Positions 36,416 through 48,450 of a stretch of 64,000 nt of DNA are shown in pieces. Source of the stretch: Podarcis muralis (taxonomy: Eukaryota); the NCBI RefSeq assembly GCF_964188315.1, contig NC_135656.1:81406001-81470000 (forward strand). Direction: 5' to 3'. Below the pieces are notes generated by a model. That model ran no database searches. It was not told the origin of the DNA and saw nothing but the letters and a program-made list of their open reading frames with translations. The position numbers and the translations under genes were made by a program. Each line of letters starts with the position of its first letter. The first letter of the stretch is position 1.

Positions 36416-37209
36416 TAGGGTTACCAGATGTCCCCGTTTCCTGGGGACAGTCCCCGGATTTGTGAATAAGTCCCCCAACAAATTCCATCCCCGGAATGTC
36501 CCCAGATTTCATCCAATGTCCCCAGGAAACGCAGCAGCCTTGAGCAGTTGGCTGTGACAGGCTTCAGGAGCTGCTCGGAAGTCCCCATATGATGGTGGTG
36601 CAGGGGCTCTAAGATGCAGCTTCCGGGCTGCCTCCACCTTCCCGGACCCCAGCAACTAAGCTGTGAAGGGAGGCTTCCCGCTGCCTATCAGAGCTTGCAT
36701 GCAAGCAGGAGGGGCAGGGATCTCTCAGTTAGGCAGTGTGAAGCTTCCCTTCCCAGCTGAGGGATATCCCCCCCCCCGCTTGCACACAAGTAGGAATGGG
36801 ATCGGGGCTGCTGTGAAAGGCAGTGTGAAGCCTCCCTTCCCAGCTGGGGGTTCACTGCCCCCTCCTGCTTGCATGCAAGTAGGAATGGGATTGGGGCTGC
36901 TCCAATGGGAAGGGAGCATCACACTACCCAAGCCTCGTCGCCGCCACTCTCGGCCCTCCTTCTCCATGCCTGACCCACCGCGCTCCGCTTCCCCACCACC
37001 ACCGAAGAACCAACAACTCAGGGGCTGCCCAGGCTCATGGAGAAAGGAGATAGAAGTCTCGGAGGAAGGGGAAACATGGTGATTGAGGTCAAGGCAGCGC
37101 CACACCTCTGCCACCGCCATTGCTGCAGCATCAATGTCCCAAATGTGTGGCAATTAATTAATTAATTAAAGTGTCCCCGGATTCATTGAAAAAAAATGTG
37201 ATAACCTTA
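36416..37209. mobile_element. Non-autonomous hAT element, ~794 bp
   Basis: Ends tagggttaccagat / atgtgataacctta; 8-bp TSD gt(c/a)tatat; subterminal GTCCCC repeats; internal ~90-bp duplication. Confidence 0.8.
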
Positions 37210-38176
37210 GTATATATGCATCCAAATGTATGGGTGGGAGTCCTCTACGAGAATGGAAATGATGTGCGATCAGGGCTCCTGATCATGGAGGAACTTAAAG
37301 GCACACAGTTATATGTGTCTAGAAGCCTATTTCATACTTCCACTGAATGTCTAGAGTTCAAGAGTGGAGTCAGCAGGCATGGCCCTGCTGCCCTTTCTGT
37401 CCATTCAGTATCCATTTTGGGGCAACAAGTGAATACAGATCCTATTTCCCAAATAATGACAAGCCAGGGATTTGCACCAAACTCAACTTCTTGCCAACTC
37501 AGTGCTGCGTGGAAAAGAAAAGAAAAGAATTATGCTTCAGTCTTTCCTTTGAATGATTGCTTGCTCCAACAGAAAGAGGAACTGAACTGGGCCACTGGGG
37601 AGAGAATCTGAAAAGGGGATTTTACTACAAGAAAAATAACCCTTGCTGCTCCTCCTTTCTGCCAGTAACAACTTTCTTCTGAACAACAGGAATGGAACAA
37701 GTGAGTGAGAAGATGCTGAGGAGGAGAACAGCAGCAGCAGCTGCCACCACCACTGAAATTTGCTCACCTCACCCACTCACCCTCTGGATGGCTCTAGAGA
37801 TCAGGTCCGTCTTCCCTCCTCAGTGCTCATGCAGTTACCTGTTCGCATCCTTGTTTCTAAGCTGATTCCAACATATAGGAAACCAGGAGCACATGGATCC
37901 AGAAGATAGCACAGAATCTTCATTTTTAGTAACATGAACCTTCAGTTTTGACATATCAGGAAATACTTGATGATTTAGCAGAACACATTCATATCAAATG
38001 TAGACAACCAGTTCATCAGCATAGTGCAGCATCCACCACTCTGATCCAGGTGGACCAGTATTTTTGTCAGGTGCTTCTCCTTCATGAAAGCCAAACAGCA
38101 TGACAAGAGCAATTATTTCTGCTTACCTATCTCTATGAGCTAGTTTTCTGCATTTTCTCATCAACTACTACCAAAC

Positions 38177-38315
38177 CAAGGGTGGAGAACCTTTGGCTCA
38201 TCAGATACCGCTGGACTAAAACTCCTATCATCACTGGTCATTGGTCATACTTGCTAGGGCTGATGGGAACTGCAGTTCAACAACATCCAAAGGGGCAAAA
38301 AGTTCCCCACACCTG
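38177..38315. mobile_element. hAT MITE (degenerate)
   Basis: caagggtggagaacct ... agttccccacacctg; 6/8 TSD match; same family as 15750 and 16398. Confidence 0.65.
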
Positions 38316-40330
38316 TACTAGACCAGACTGGAGTAAAAAAAATTTTTTTTAACCTATCTTCATTAATAGTCCCAGGGATATAAATGCTTCTGCAATCACG
38401 ACTACTTTTAAAAACAAACAAACATTTAGTCCCTTTACTGAACTACTAATACGTATGACACTAGCTAATATGTAACACAAAGATCATAGACTGGATGAGC
38501 AAGAGTGATTTTTTTAAAAAATCCTAATTGAAGCCTGGTATCAGGAAACAGGATTTAGTACTGACAAAGATTGCTAAAACATTTAAAATACACATGTGTT
38601 TTATTTAAATGGTGCTGGATTTCTGGGCATGCTTTCCAAATTCCTTTAGTATGCTTCACAATTAGAATCAGATTTGGCACATTTCTGTAACAATGCTGGA
38701 TAAAAAATTAAACAACAACTCATATGTATATACCATAACTATAAATGAATACGGGGCTTGCTATAAACTTGGGATGGCTATGGAAAGTTACTACCTCAAG
38801 TGAAAAAGTGTGAATTTTTAAAATGCCGTTTGATTATAAGCAACCCATGTCAGATGGAGCTAATGTCGACCCACTCTATTGAAGAGCCTGTTTAAGCAAT
38901 ATTTATTTCATTAACAGTTTGCTAAGTATTTCTGGAGAATTAAACCATATTTCATTTGTTCCTAAAATAACATGCTCATTAACAACAGACCAGAACAAAA
39001 GCAATCCTATGGGGAGGGTGAGGAGAGTTCGTGAGAAGGAATCACTAGTTGTTGAAGTGCCGCCAGACTTACTCCAGCCAGCACAGAAAGTAGGTGCACG
39101 TCTTCTTTCCTTCCTTTCATTCCTACACCCTGTTTTGCTTTTTAATTCGCCCCCTCCCATTATTTCAATTGGGAGGTGGGGGACAGCCATCGTCACCAGG
39201 GTTGGTGTATTTATTTTTTCCTTGTGTATGTTTGGGGAATGGGCAAGATCTGGATCCTGCACATCTATGGTGTCCCTTGATGTATCCTTTACTAGGTATG
39301 GAAGGATCTACCAATCTTGGTTCTCTCAGTTTTTCAGTTTTCCAGTTCTCCGAATTTTGAGAATTGAACAAAATTGTCAGGAAAATTCCGTCAGCATTTC
39401 AGTATGAATTTCTTCCAACGAACACATTTTTATACGCAATTTTAACTAATGTACACATTTTGCAAGCAATTTTGAATGCTGCTTTTACTAATATATCCCT
39501 TTTTATGCACACTTTCAATCTATTTTTGTAAACATTGTTTGGAAAACAGAATCACAAAATTCAGATAAGCATGAATTTCAAAGGCTAGTTGTTCACACAA
39601 TGCTTTGGAAAGTCTCCACTTCTACTTTGACACACCCCTTTTCTTCTACTGCCATTGGAGGTAAAGTTTTCCACTGCCATCCCAAGGAGGTCTTCAATAA
39701 TGGAGGTTTTCTCTACAGCCACCAACCCAGACAGCTTCAGATTTCCTCCTAAGTCATTCAACAGCTTTGTTGAATAATAGGGATCCTGCTTTCTGAAAGT
39801 GTCCATGCCTTGAACCTGAGTTTCCCCACCCATTATTTTTTTTTACTAACCCATAGCAAATCTGAACAGAAAGTTGGCAGGTAATTCCCTAACACTTTCT
39901 CACAATGTAAAACCCCAACTTTTAAATTCAAACTGTTGTTTTTTCTATAATAAAAATGTTGACACACATGCGCACACTTAGGAAAAGGGCAGAGAAGTAC
40001 ATAGTAGGGAAATCAACCAGGGGATAGATATGATCCCAATCTGTCCATGCAAGTTATACAGCACCCAAACCCTGTTCAGCAATGTGTGGTAGGGCATAGT
40101 GATGGGAAAGGAAAACAGTCACAGTGGAAGAAGTGCAAACACACCCATGGTAACTCAGGTCTGCTCAGGTCAGGCCCCTACTCTTGACGACCCTACCATT
40201 AGGTAGAGGCAGCTGCTTCACGGGGTAGGTGCTAGAGGGTGGCAAGCATGGAACAGTGTAGGACAGAGCTGTTTGTGCCAGATGACCTATGCTGAGCCCA
40301 CTAACCAGTTGTCCTCAGGTGTGGTGGAGG

Positions 40331-40459
40331 CAGGGCTTTTTTCCCAGCCTGAACTCACAGGAACTCAGTTCTGGCACCTCTCAGGTGGGTGCCATTGTCA
40401 TTATTAGAGAACAAGGGAGGTGTTCGTGGTGAGTTCTGGAACCTCTTTTTGTAGCACTG
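40331..40459. mobile_element. hAT MITE, 129 bp
   Basis: cagggcttttt...gtagcactg; perfect 8-bp TSD ggtggagg. Confidence 0.85.
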
Positions 40460-40667
40460 GGTGGAGGACTCTGTCCCCTTGCCAGTGTTAATGTAAACTG
40501 AAGTTGCTAATTCACTTCACTTTTGTATATGGGCACAATCTGGTTCTGTGGCTCAGACAGCAAAATGTTTCAGGCTAGTCTTGCCAGACAGGACCCTTGG
40601 ATGTCATAATGTATGTGTCTTGCACTACAACACACCTCTGTCTTCCATCCCCTCACACTTCCCACTG

Positions 40668-40879
40668 CGGCAGGAAGGTAAATGGTGTTTCCGTGCGCTC
40701 TGGCTTCCGTCACGGTGTTCCATTGCTCCAGAAGTGGTTTAGTCATGCTGGCCACATGACCCAGAAAGCTGTCTGTGGACAAACACCGGCTCCTTCGGCC
40801 TGAAAGTGAGAGAATCGCCACAACTCCATAGTTGCCTTTGACTGGACTTAACCGTCCAGGGGTCCTTTACTTTTACCTT
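40668..40879 (+). mobile_element. 5'-truncated Sauria SINE
   Basis: ggaaggtaaatggtgtttccgtgcgc...gactggacttaaccgtccaggggtcctttacttttacctt; cttccatcc occurs on both flanks. Confidence 0.85.
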
Positions 40880-42099
40880 CCATCCACACACACTCAAAGA
40901 TTCAAACAGGTGAAGATGGCTGACATTGTTAGGATGTAACATTTCACCTTTGTGCTTGTCCAAAGTACCTTACTGTAAGGACAAGCTAAAATAATATATT
41001 CACTGTACAGGAAATACTCTTCCTTAAGTCATTGAATGAAACCCTTTCGCATACAATTTTATCTGTCATTGTGTGCTTAACCCGTTTTGAATCTGGTACT
41101 CACTTATCCTATAGCTTCTCAGAATTTTAAGTACAGGCACATAATGAAATGTGTAGCTTACTTCCATTGGATAGACAAAAAAATTAATGATGATCAGTAA
41201 ATAAGAAATTATAAATATTCTGTTCCTATAATTCAAAGATATAAAGCTGAATCAAAAATAAAGAAATAGAAGGGTAAAAATCAGACAGGTATTTTAGTGC
41301 TCGAGAATAAAACACAAGTAGATAGGTTTCAAAATGTCAATAATTCATTGTTTAAGTACAGCATGTAAATTCTCATGAGACAGCTAAAATATACTTTTTG
41401 CAAGATTTACAGCAGATAAAGCTTGGCGATATTTTAGCAAGTGTGGCTAGAATTCTGACACTTTTCAAATTAATGGGAAATTTACTTTTTATTTAGTGGG
41501 ATAAGGATTTAATGAATAAGTTATGCCTTCACCATTTACTGCTGTTCTAAGCAGGTGGTTTTGGATTGTAAAGTGCTATATTAACTGTGAACTAAAACAA
41601 TAATAGCAATTCTTAAACACCAATATTTCAATACCACATTGCAAAAACAGTACAATGTGCAAAATTGCAATCCTTTAACATTAATCATTCATTGGAGACT
41701 ATCTGGCAACAGAAGGGCAGGGCATTTTCAGAAATCCCTTCTCCTTCCTGCAGTGTCCCATACCTCCTTTAAATCTGCTCCAGATCCTCTAGAACAGATT
41801 AAGGGGGTGTGGTACTGCAGAAAGGTGGAAAGGATTGCAGAAAACTGTTTTTCCCCATTTCACTGATGGATTCCCTTCTGTCACTGGACAGCCACCATTG
41901 GCTACCATGCTCTTACTTTATTTGTTTCTTTGTTTAAAACATTTTTTTAAATGCCCTTAGAAGTTTATTGTAAGGACAATGAACTCAACAAATTACTTGC
42001 ACATCATAAAAAGAACAGGCAAAAATACAAATGATCCAATTTGGACTGGGTTGGAACATGTCTTACCTACACAAGAATTTGTGAATTTTAGTATTTTAA

Positions 42100-42460
42100 A
42101 ATCTTATTTAAATCTAATAATCTAGATTATCTCAACTGTTTAAATCTCCCAGATATGGACAAGATAGATCAAAGGAAGCTAAACAAGTTAATAATGGAAA
42201 AGAGGTTTGCAAGTAATAACCTAAAAACAAACAAGATTGTGTGTTCAAATGGAGGGATAAGGATGTATATCTTTGTTGATATTTTAGCCAAAACCACTCA
42301 AAAAATTGTTAATGATATTACTATAGATCAAAAGATACAAACTTCCTCGTTAGATTCTAATTATAATTTTATTCTTAATGAAGGAATAAACATGATATGT
42401 GTATTGGTAACATTTTTCAGGCTGGTATCATTGTTAAATGATGTCTATAAACTCTAATTC
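42100..42460 (+). pseudogene. Decayed L1/Tx1-like ORF2 fragment (pre-RT and start of RT)
   Basis: YLNCLNLPDMDKIDQRKLNKLI ... DILAK ... RLVSLLNDVYKL resembles the L1-clade motifs LNLP..LN.PI and RPISLLNxDYKI; frameshifted. Confidence 0.6.
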
Positions 42461-42486
42461 TAGCTTATAGGCATACTCAACATTAT

Positions 42487-42590
42487 GGGTGATATCCAAC
42501 ATTAGCCATAGAGTAGACCCACTGAAATCAATGGACAAGTTATCTGACTATAGATTTCAATGGGTTTGCTCTGAGTATGACTAATTTCGG
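42487..42590. mobile_element. Palindromic MITE copy
   Basis: gggtgatatccaac..agagtagacccactgaaatcaatgg..atttcaatgggtttgctctgag. Confidence 0.6.
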
Positions 42591-43240
42591 AGATCAGTCT
42601 ATATAGTATGTGAACCTGACCCAACAGGGTTTATCTGGAATAAGCAAATGAAAGAAAATATTACAAATATTATTCATGTAGTCAATGAGGTTAGCAGTTG
42701 CAAATAATTTCCTTTAGTGTTTCTTATTACCCAAAAAGCTTTTGATAATACTGAGTAGCTCTTTCTTTTTAAAGTACTAGACATCTTTAATGTTGATATG
42801 AACTAAAAAATAATAATGATTCAGAGTGTTTACATGAGGTATCAACCAAGCAATTGCTTTAATTTTATATGGTCAAAGGATATGGGATGACATTTCATCC
42901 CACTTTCACAATGGAAATCTTGCACAACAAATCTTCCTGTTTCTCATTACTGCCTGCAGCTTCCCTCCTCATGTGCTCCCAAAATCTGCTTTAGATGGTA
43001 CCTAAAGCCTTCAGAGCATATTTAGGAAGTACATAAGAGGCTGCAGGGGAAACTCTGTGTTAACACACAGAGAAAGAAACAACACTTCTACAATCTTTAA
43101 GAGATTATTTTCACTTCAGAATTTTTTGCTGCTTCAGAATTATTTCATGTTCTGTTTTAACCAGAAAAAGTTAGCAAGTGCTAGCAATGAAGTCGACCGC
43201 TGGTGCTCTTTCATTATTATTACTTTTAAATATCATTAGA

Positions 43241-43838
43241 TGTCATGGACTGGTTGGACGCAGAGGAATGGTGAGAGGAACCAGCTGGGGAAGCACCAAG
43301 GGAAGAATACTCAGAGCCTGGGGAGTGGTGGTAGGACAATGATGAATGGTCAGAGGAAGAAGGCGAAGAAGACTGGCAAAAGGCGGTGTGGGAAGCTGAA
43401 GAGGTAACAGGACTCAATAAGCTGGGAGAGGCAAAGAATCAGAGGCAGGAGCTGGAGCTGGAGCAGGAGGGTGGGAGGAGAGAGGCCAAGAGGCAGAGAC
43501 GAGTCAGGCTGGTGAACAATCACGGATGTCTCCCCCTCCTGCTGCAATAAGCTCCCCTCTCTCCTTGCCTCCCAGAACCAGAAGAGGCATGAAGAGAGCA
43601 GATGAGAGGTTGGTTGCATGCAGGCGCAATCTCCAATTGCTTGGGAAAAACACTGGAGAGGAAGCGACTTAGATGGCTGTGCGGAGGTGGGGATTTTCAG
43701 TTTCAGCAACTGTTCCATGGGACTCAAGACCTATCATTAGGCCTGACAGTCCACCAAGTATGCGCAGATTGTGTTTTTGCTAATAAAGAGTTAATTCCAA
43801 CTTCAATGCTGTGATTTATTGCCAGTTTCCTCCCGACA
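43241..43838 (+). mobile_element. Solo LTR, 598 bp
   Basis: tgtca...cgaca ends, AATAAA at 43782, 5-bp TSD tta(g/t)a. Confidence 0.8.
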
Positions 43839-45469
43839 TTATATGACCTGCCTTAATAGACAGGTAAAACCAGCCTCATCCAAATATTGTTATAAAATAG
43901 AATGGTTTGTCAAGCTGAATTTGATGTAGAACCTTTGCTATTGTTTCGCAGTTCTAAATATATTTAATGATTCACATATATGAATGATAATGCTTCAGTG
44001 CCTTATATTGCACTATATTTTCCTGCATTACTTACTACATTTTACCTTCGGGATTCTATATTAAAAAAAGTATATAGTTGCACACACAACCACTTTAAAA
44101 TATTAGTTTTCCCCCATATAGTGTTTTCTCCATGCAGCATCCAAAAAAGGAGAAAAAAATATTTTACTGAACAATCTCTCTATATAGGATGAATGAGGTT
44201 AAAAAAGAAAACCCAAAGTTTAGTAACTTATTTAGGATGCTTGCTTAGAATATTTGTACAATGTATTTCTGTGTGATAGGGTTTTTCCAAAAGATTCTGC
44301 CTGTTATACATTCTGTCCCACTCCACTTCAAAGAACTCTCATTGAAGAAAAAGATCATTATCCTTTCCAATAAAACTTCTGCTAAACAAGTAATTTTCAG
44401 TTTAGGAGCAGGTGACACTAAGATATCTCCCAAGGGCAGTGTATTTAGTCTTTATACATAACCAAACAAAACAGTTACGATGAAAGCCGGATGTTCTTCA
44501 GCCCTTGGATATAATGAAAACGTCAGCATTGTATGGAGTTTTGGAACTAGCAGTTTTACTAGAACCATTTAACATTTATCATCACCTTCTACAAGTGAGT
44601 TCTCAGCAACAAGAAAAGTTACATAAAGCAAACCATTCCTTCCTTTACTGTGCCTTCATGAGGAGGCAGATCTGTTTTTAATTCATTTGCATCTCTTTTT
44701 TTGGTGAAAACCGCCTGTATAATGAATTTTCTTGCTGTATGAAGGAAATGAAGACAAAAGACTGGTGAGAAGCTCTTGCTGTGTGGTAGCTTTGTCTGCT
44801 CATTGTTATTTGTCCTGCTTTTCCCATTTCTTCTCTCTCACTTTCCTCCTTTTGCCATAGTCTCATAGTTTCTTTTCCCCACTCCTGTCAAGTGAATGTT
44901 CTCTTGTTCCGTTCCCATTGCTCCTCCATCTTATGTGTCATATTGTCCCCACACCTCCATAGACCTGTTCAGTAAGTCATTGAGGGTGCAAATGGATTTC
45001 TGAATTGGGACTGTGTCCCCTGGCTCTACTCTCAAGCTCTAGGATTGTGAAAGAGCAGACCTACAGTATTCAAGGCTCCAACACATGTAGGTTCCCCTTG
45101 CATGACCCCTGCACAGTAAAAATGGAAGCTGCAAATCACACAAATAATTACAAATATCAGCCTCTAAGTGAGGACGGGAGAAAGGGCTTTCTCAGTCATC
45201 ATGGAACTCCTTTCCACTTCAATCACTTTGAAGGGAAAATGACTCAGTGCTGAATCTGATTCTGTGCTGAATTTGATGGCACAATTGATTTAGGTCGGTT
45301 GGAGGTCTAAGGAGCAGCATAAAACTACACCTTGTGGAATCAGTTTCAGTTGTTGCAGCCTCAGGATATAGGCAGGATGCTTGCAGTGATGGGGCCAACA
45401 ATATGTCCTCTTCATCCCTGCCCATTATGGCTGATAAAATATAGTAGGAGGGGATTGATTGGATGGGTC

Positions 45470-45645
45470 TAGGGAGTTCCTCGCTTCAGGAGGAGTTTTG
45501 CCCTATGCCTTGAAAGAGGTGGTGGTACAGCCTCTCTTGAAATGGTTTTCTCTATATGCGGAGGTTTTCGAAAACTACCATACAGACTCTAATATTCATT
45601 TCCTGGGCAATGTGATCAAAAGGGTTATGACCAACTAGCTGTAAA
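45470..45645 (+). pseudogene. Decayed L2 reverse-transcriptase fragment
   Basis: SLASGGVLPYALKEVVVQPLLK..ENYHTDSNIHFLGNVIKRV resembles L2/CR1 RT SG.FP..LK.AVV.PLLKK..NYRPISNLPFL.KV.E. Confidence 0.75.
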
Positions 45646-47604
45646 AAAAAGTGCTGTGGGTGGGTGGTTCCCATGTCTAGAGATTAGTTCTGGGAGGGGA
45701 TGCACTCCCCATGAAGGAAGACTTTCATCTTTGGGAGTTATCCTGAATTCCAATGTGCCACTGGAGTCTGGAGTTACCTCTTTTGAGGTAATTTGTAAGT
45801 GGCCATCCTACCTTGAAGGGGGCCACTTAATGATCTTCCATGGTCCATCCAGTCATATGTTTGTGAATCTGTGAGGCTCCACTCAAAGAAGTAAGTGAGA
45901 AAACATTTATCTTTTGGTTGTGCACTACACTAGAAGGTTCCAGTTGTGAGAAGAAGTAAGAACACATCATATCTTGTCTAAAGCTCTGGAGGTTCCTGGA
46001 ATGGAGCCATACAGAGTCCACGCAGAAGAAGCAAGCCTAGAGAAATACCATAAAAGTTATTTATATAAATGCCTAAGGAACTGCTTAATTTGGAAGGGAG
46101 CACATTACTCCAATCACCATATTAACTGACCAACATGATTTACGTTTACTAGTAATGCTAAGGAAAAGTTGGTTCTACAAAGTGGTATGTCTGGATTCTT
46201 GAAAGAATGCCAGGGCAAGTGAGATGGACGGTGCAAAGAAATTTCCATAAAAAAAAATACGCTGATGTTCCTATTCATTGCACTTTCAGGACTCTAAAAA
46301 CAATGATATTAGAATACAAGAATGAGGCCTCATCAGGCTAGCTGCACGTTTTGAATATTCTATAAGACAATAGAATGATTCTTAGTTAAAACAGATGGAA
46401 AAATGGTTTTGGAACAGAGCTATAGAATATATGTTAATTCATTTAGTGGGACTCCTGCTCTTCCTCATGCATTTTGTTTCTTCATGCTGGCTTTGATTGA
46501 GAATGTTAATATGCTGAATGGATTGCTATACAAGAAGACAGATTTCCACAAGCCCTTTTGCAAAACATTATTTCCAGAAGTGTAGCTTTTTGTCATTAAG
46601 TGTATTTAAATTTTGTGTGCCTACATAATGAATTCATGAATGTATAATTCACTTCCTTTACTCTAATCAGTCATTATTTTGGAATCCTGCCTGCATGAGA
46701 AAAAACAGATCTGCACAGAGATTTACCAGTATACCACTTAATTAGAATACAAAATGCAAAACTGGTGGTGAGGCATCCTGACATCTTAATATCTGCTTGA
46801 AATCTGCATCTGGGGATTTAGTTAGGTTAGATCCAATGTATAGTCAAACAAGAGCTACAAAAATAGGTAACTGAAGGTGAATGGTTACTTATGAACACAG
46901 CTCCATTAAAGGGAGCACCATGGGTTGGATCCAGACCTGCCAGGAAGGAAGCTTTGCTGCTGGTGGAGGAAGGTGTTTTTAGCTAATTCCTCTTTTCTCT
47001 TGTGGTTCTTTGTGCCTCCACAAAACTTGCTTCAGAGGCTTGGGAGATCCTTCAGAAGTGTGGGAGTTTGCTTGGAGGCAGTGGCAGAGGGAAGATGGAG
47101 TTGGTGAAATTGCTATTCTCCCATCCTCCAACCAGTGTCCCTTATGAGAAGGGAAGGAATTGTCAACATGTGGTGATTAATCTGTGATTGTTCATTCACA
47201 CTTTGTTTGTTTGTTTGTTTGTTTGTAGCACTGTATCCCACTCTTCAGTCAAAATGTCTCCCAGAGAAGATTACATACAATAAATTAAAGGCCGACCCTA
47301 CTTGGCAGGCTTAGAATCTAATAAACATGACACACGAGGGACAAGAGACATGCAACTCATGTGAACAGGCTCTGAATCTCTAGCAACTCAGCTAATTAGA
47401 CTGAAAGCCTGCCACACACAGTGAGGCCAAATGAGATGCGCTTTTAAAAATGTTATAGAATGGCTGACCACCTTACTTTCTCTCATTCTTTGAAATTAAA
47501 TGTTGGAAATATATATTTAATGTTTGACCTGACATTTCTAGAATTTCTTTTTTGTGAAATAACAATTGACAGCTGCTTGATTACATATCCAAGATACATT
47601 TCCA

Positions 47605-47650
47605 TCAAAGAAAAGAAAAAGAAAAGAAAAGAAAGGAAAGGAAAGGAAAG
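47605..47650. repeat. (GAAAA)n/(GGAAA)n pentanucleotide repeat
   Basis: Direct reading. Confidence 0.9.
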
Positions 47651-48392
47651 TGGTTGCATAGCTGTTGATGAATTAGAAGCACAACATATAGAGCTGGATC
47701 TAGACATTTCTAGGTATGTTTCTCCTTAAATATAAAATACAACATTATTAAAAGCAGAAACAAAACAAAAAAACAAAACAAAACAGAAATTTTGCCAATA
47801 TTAATGGAAATATATCTTCACTGTGTGAAGTTATGGGCAGCTTTCAGTCTAATCAGCTGGATTCATATGTGCATGTCCATTGCTGACTGTAGCAATAAGT
47901 GATGACTTTCATGTGTGAATGCACAAACCTCAACTAATCACCACAGGTAGAGCATTCCCAACATCTGGTGTTATGTGAATGTGCAGCATTTTCTGATGGT
48001 GACAGTTCACACATCTGATTGAGAGTCCACCATTCTTGATTTAATGACAGATATTTAGGGGATGAAAGTGCACGTCCGAAGTAGCTAAATATCCATTTGG
48101 AAATAGACGATTCCCACTGTCTGGAGAAACGTGTGTGTCTTAATCACCCCAGTCTTATTGGCTTAGGTGGACGTGGCTAGACCACCCACTATTTTACGTG
48201 CTTGCATAATGCATGTTTATGAATATACACAACCCTAGCCACACAGCTCTAAATTCTTTATTGAAAAAGTATAAAACTATATAAAACCCAGGTACCTGTT
48301 TAATGCTAGCCATGTGAACATATTGCCTTCTAAATATGTGATGAAATAGTGCTTTGCCTTCAATCAGCATAATTACAAACATGCGTAAGGGT

Positions 48393-48450
48393 ACACATAT
48401 GAAATCACTATCGACCTAGAAACACATATGAAATCACTATCGACCTAGGA
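48393..48450. repeat. 29-bp tandem duplication
   Basis: acacatatgaaatcactatcgacctag present twice, period 29. Confidence 0.95.

Noticed and set aside
38903-39407. Overlapping 119-aa and 162-aa ORFs
   Set aside because: Composition is low-complexity, they partly overlap a repeat, and no domain is recognisable.
39585-39833. Possible CR1 RT remnant or exon (KLSGLVAVEKTSIIEDL)
   Set aside because: The resemblance to the CR1 KFADDTKLGG region is too weak to call without a profile search.
47460-47729. 89-aa ORF ending near a GTATGT donor (AVDELEAQHIELDLDISR)
   Set aside because: It runs through a (GAAAA)n microsatellite, has no polypyrimidine acceptor and no recognisable homology.
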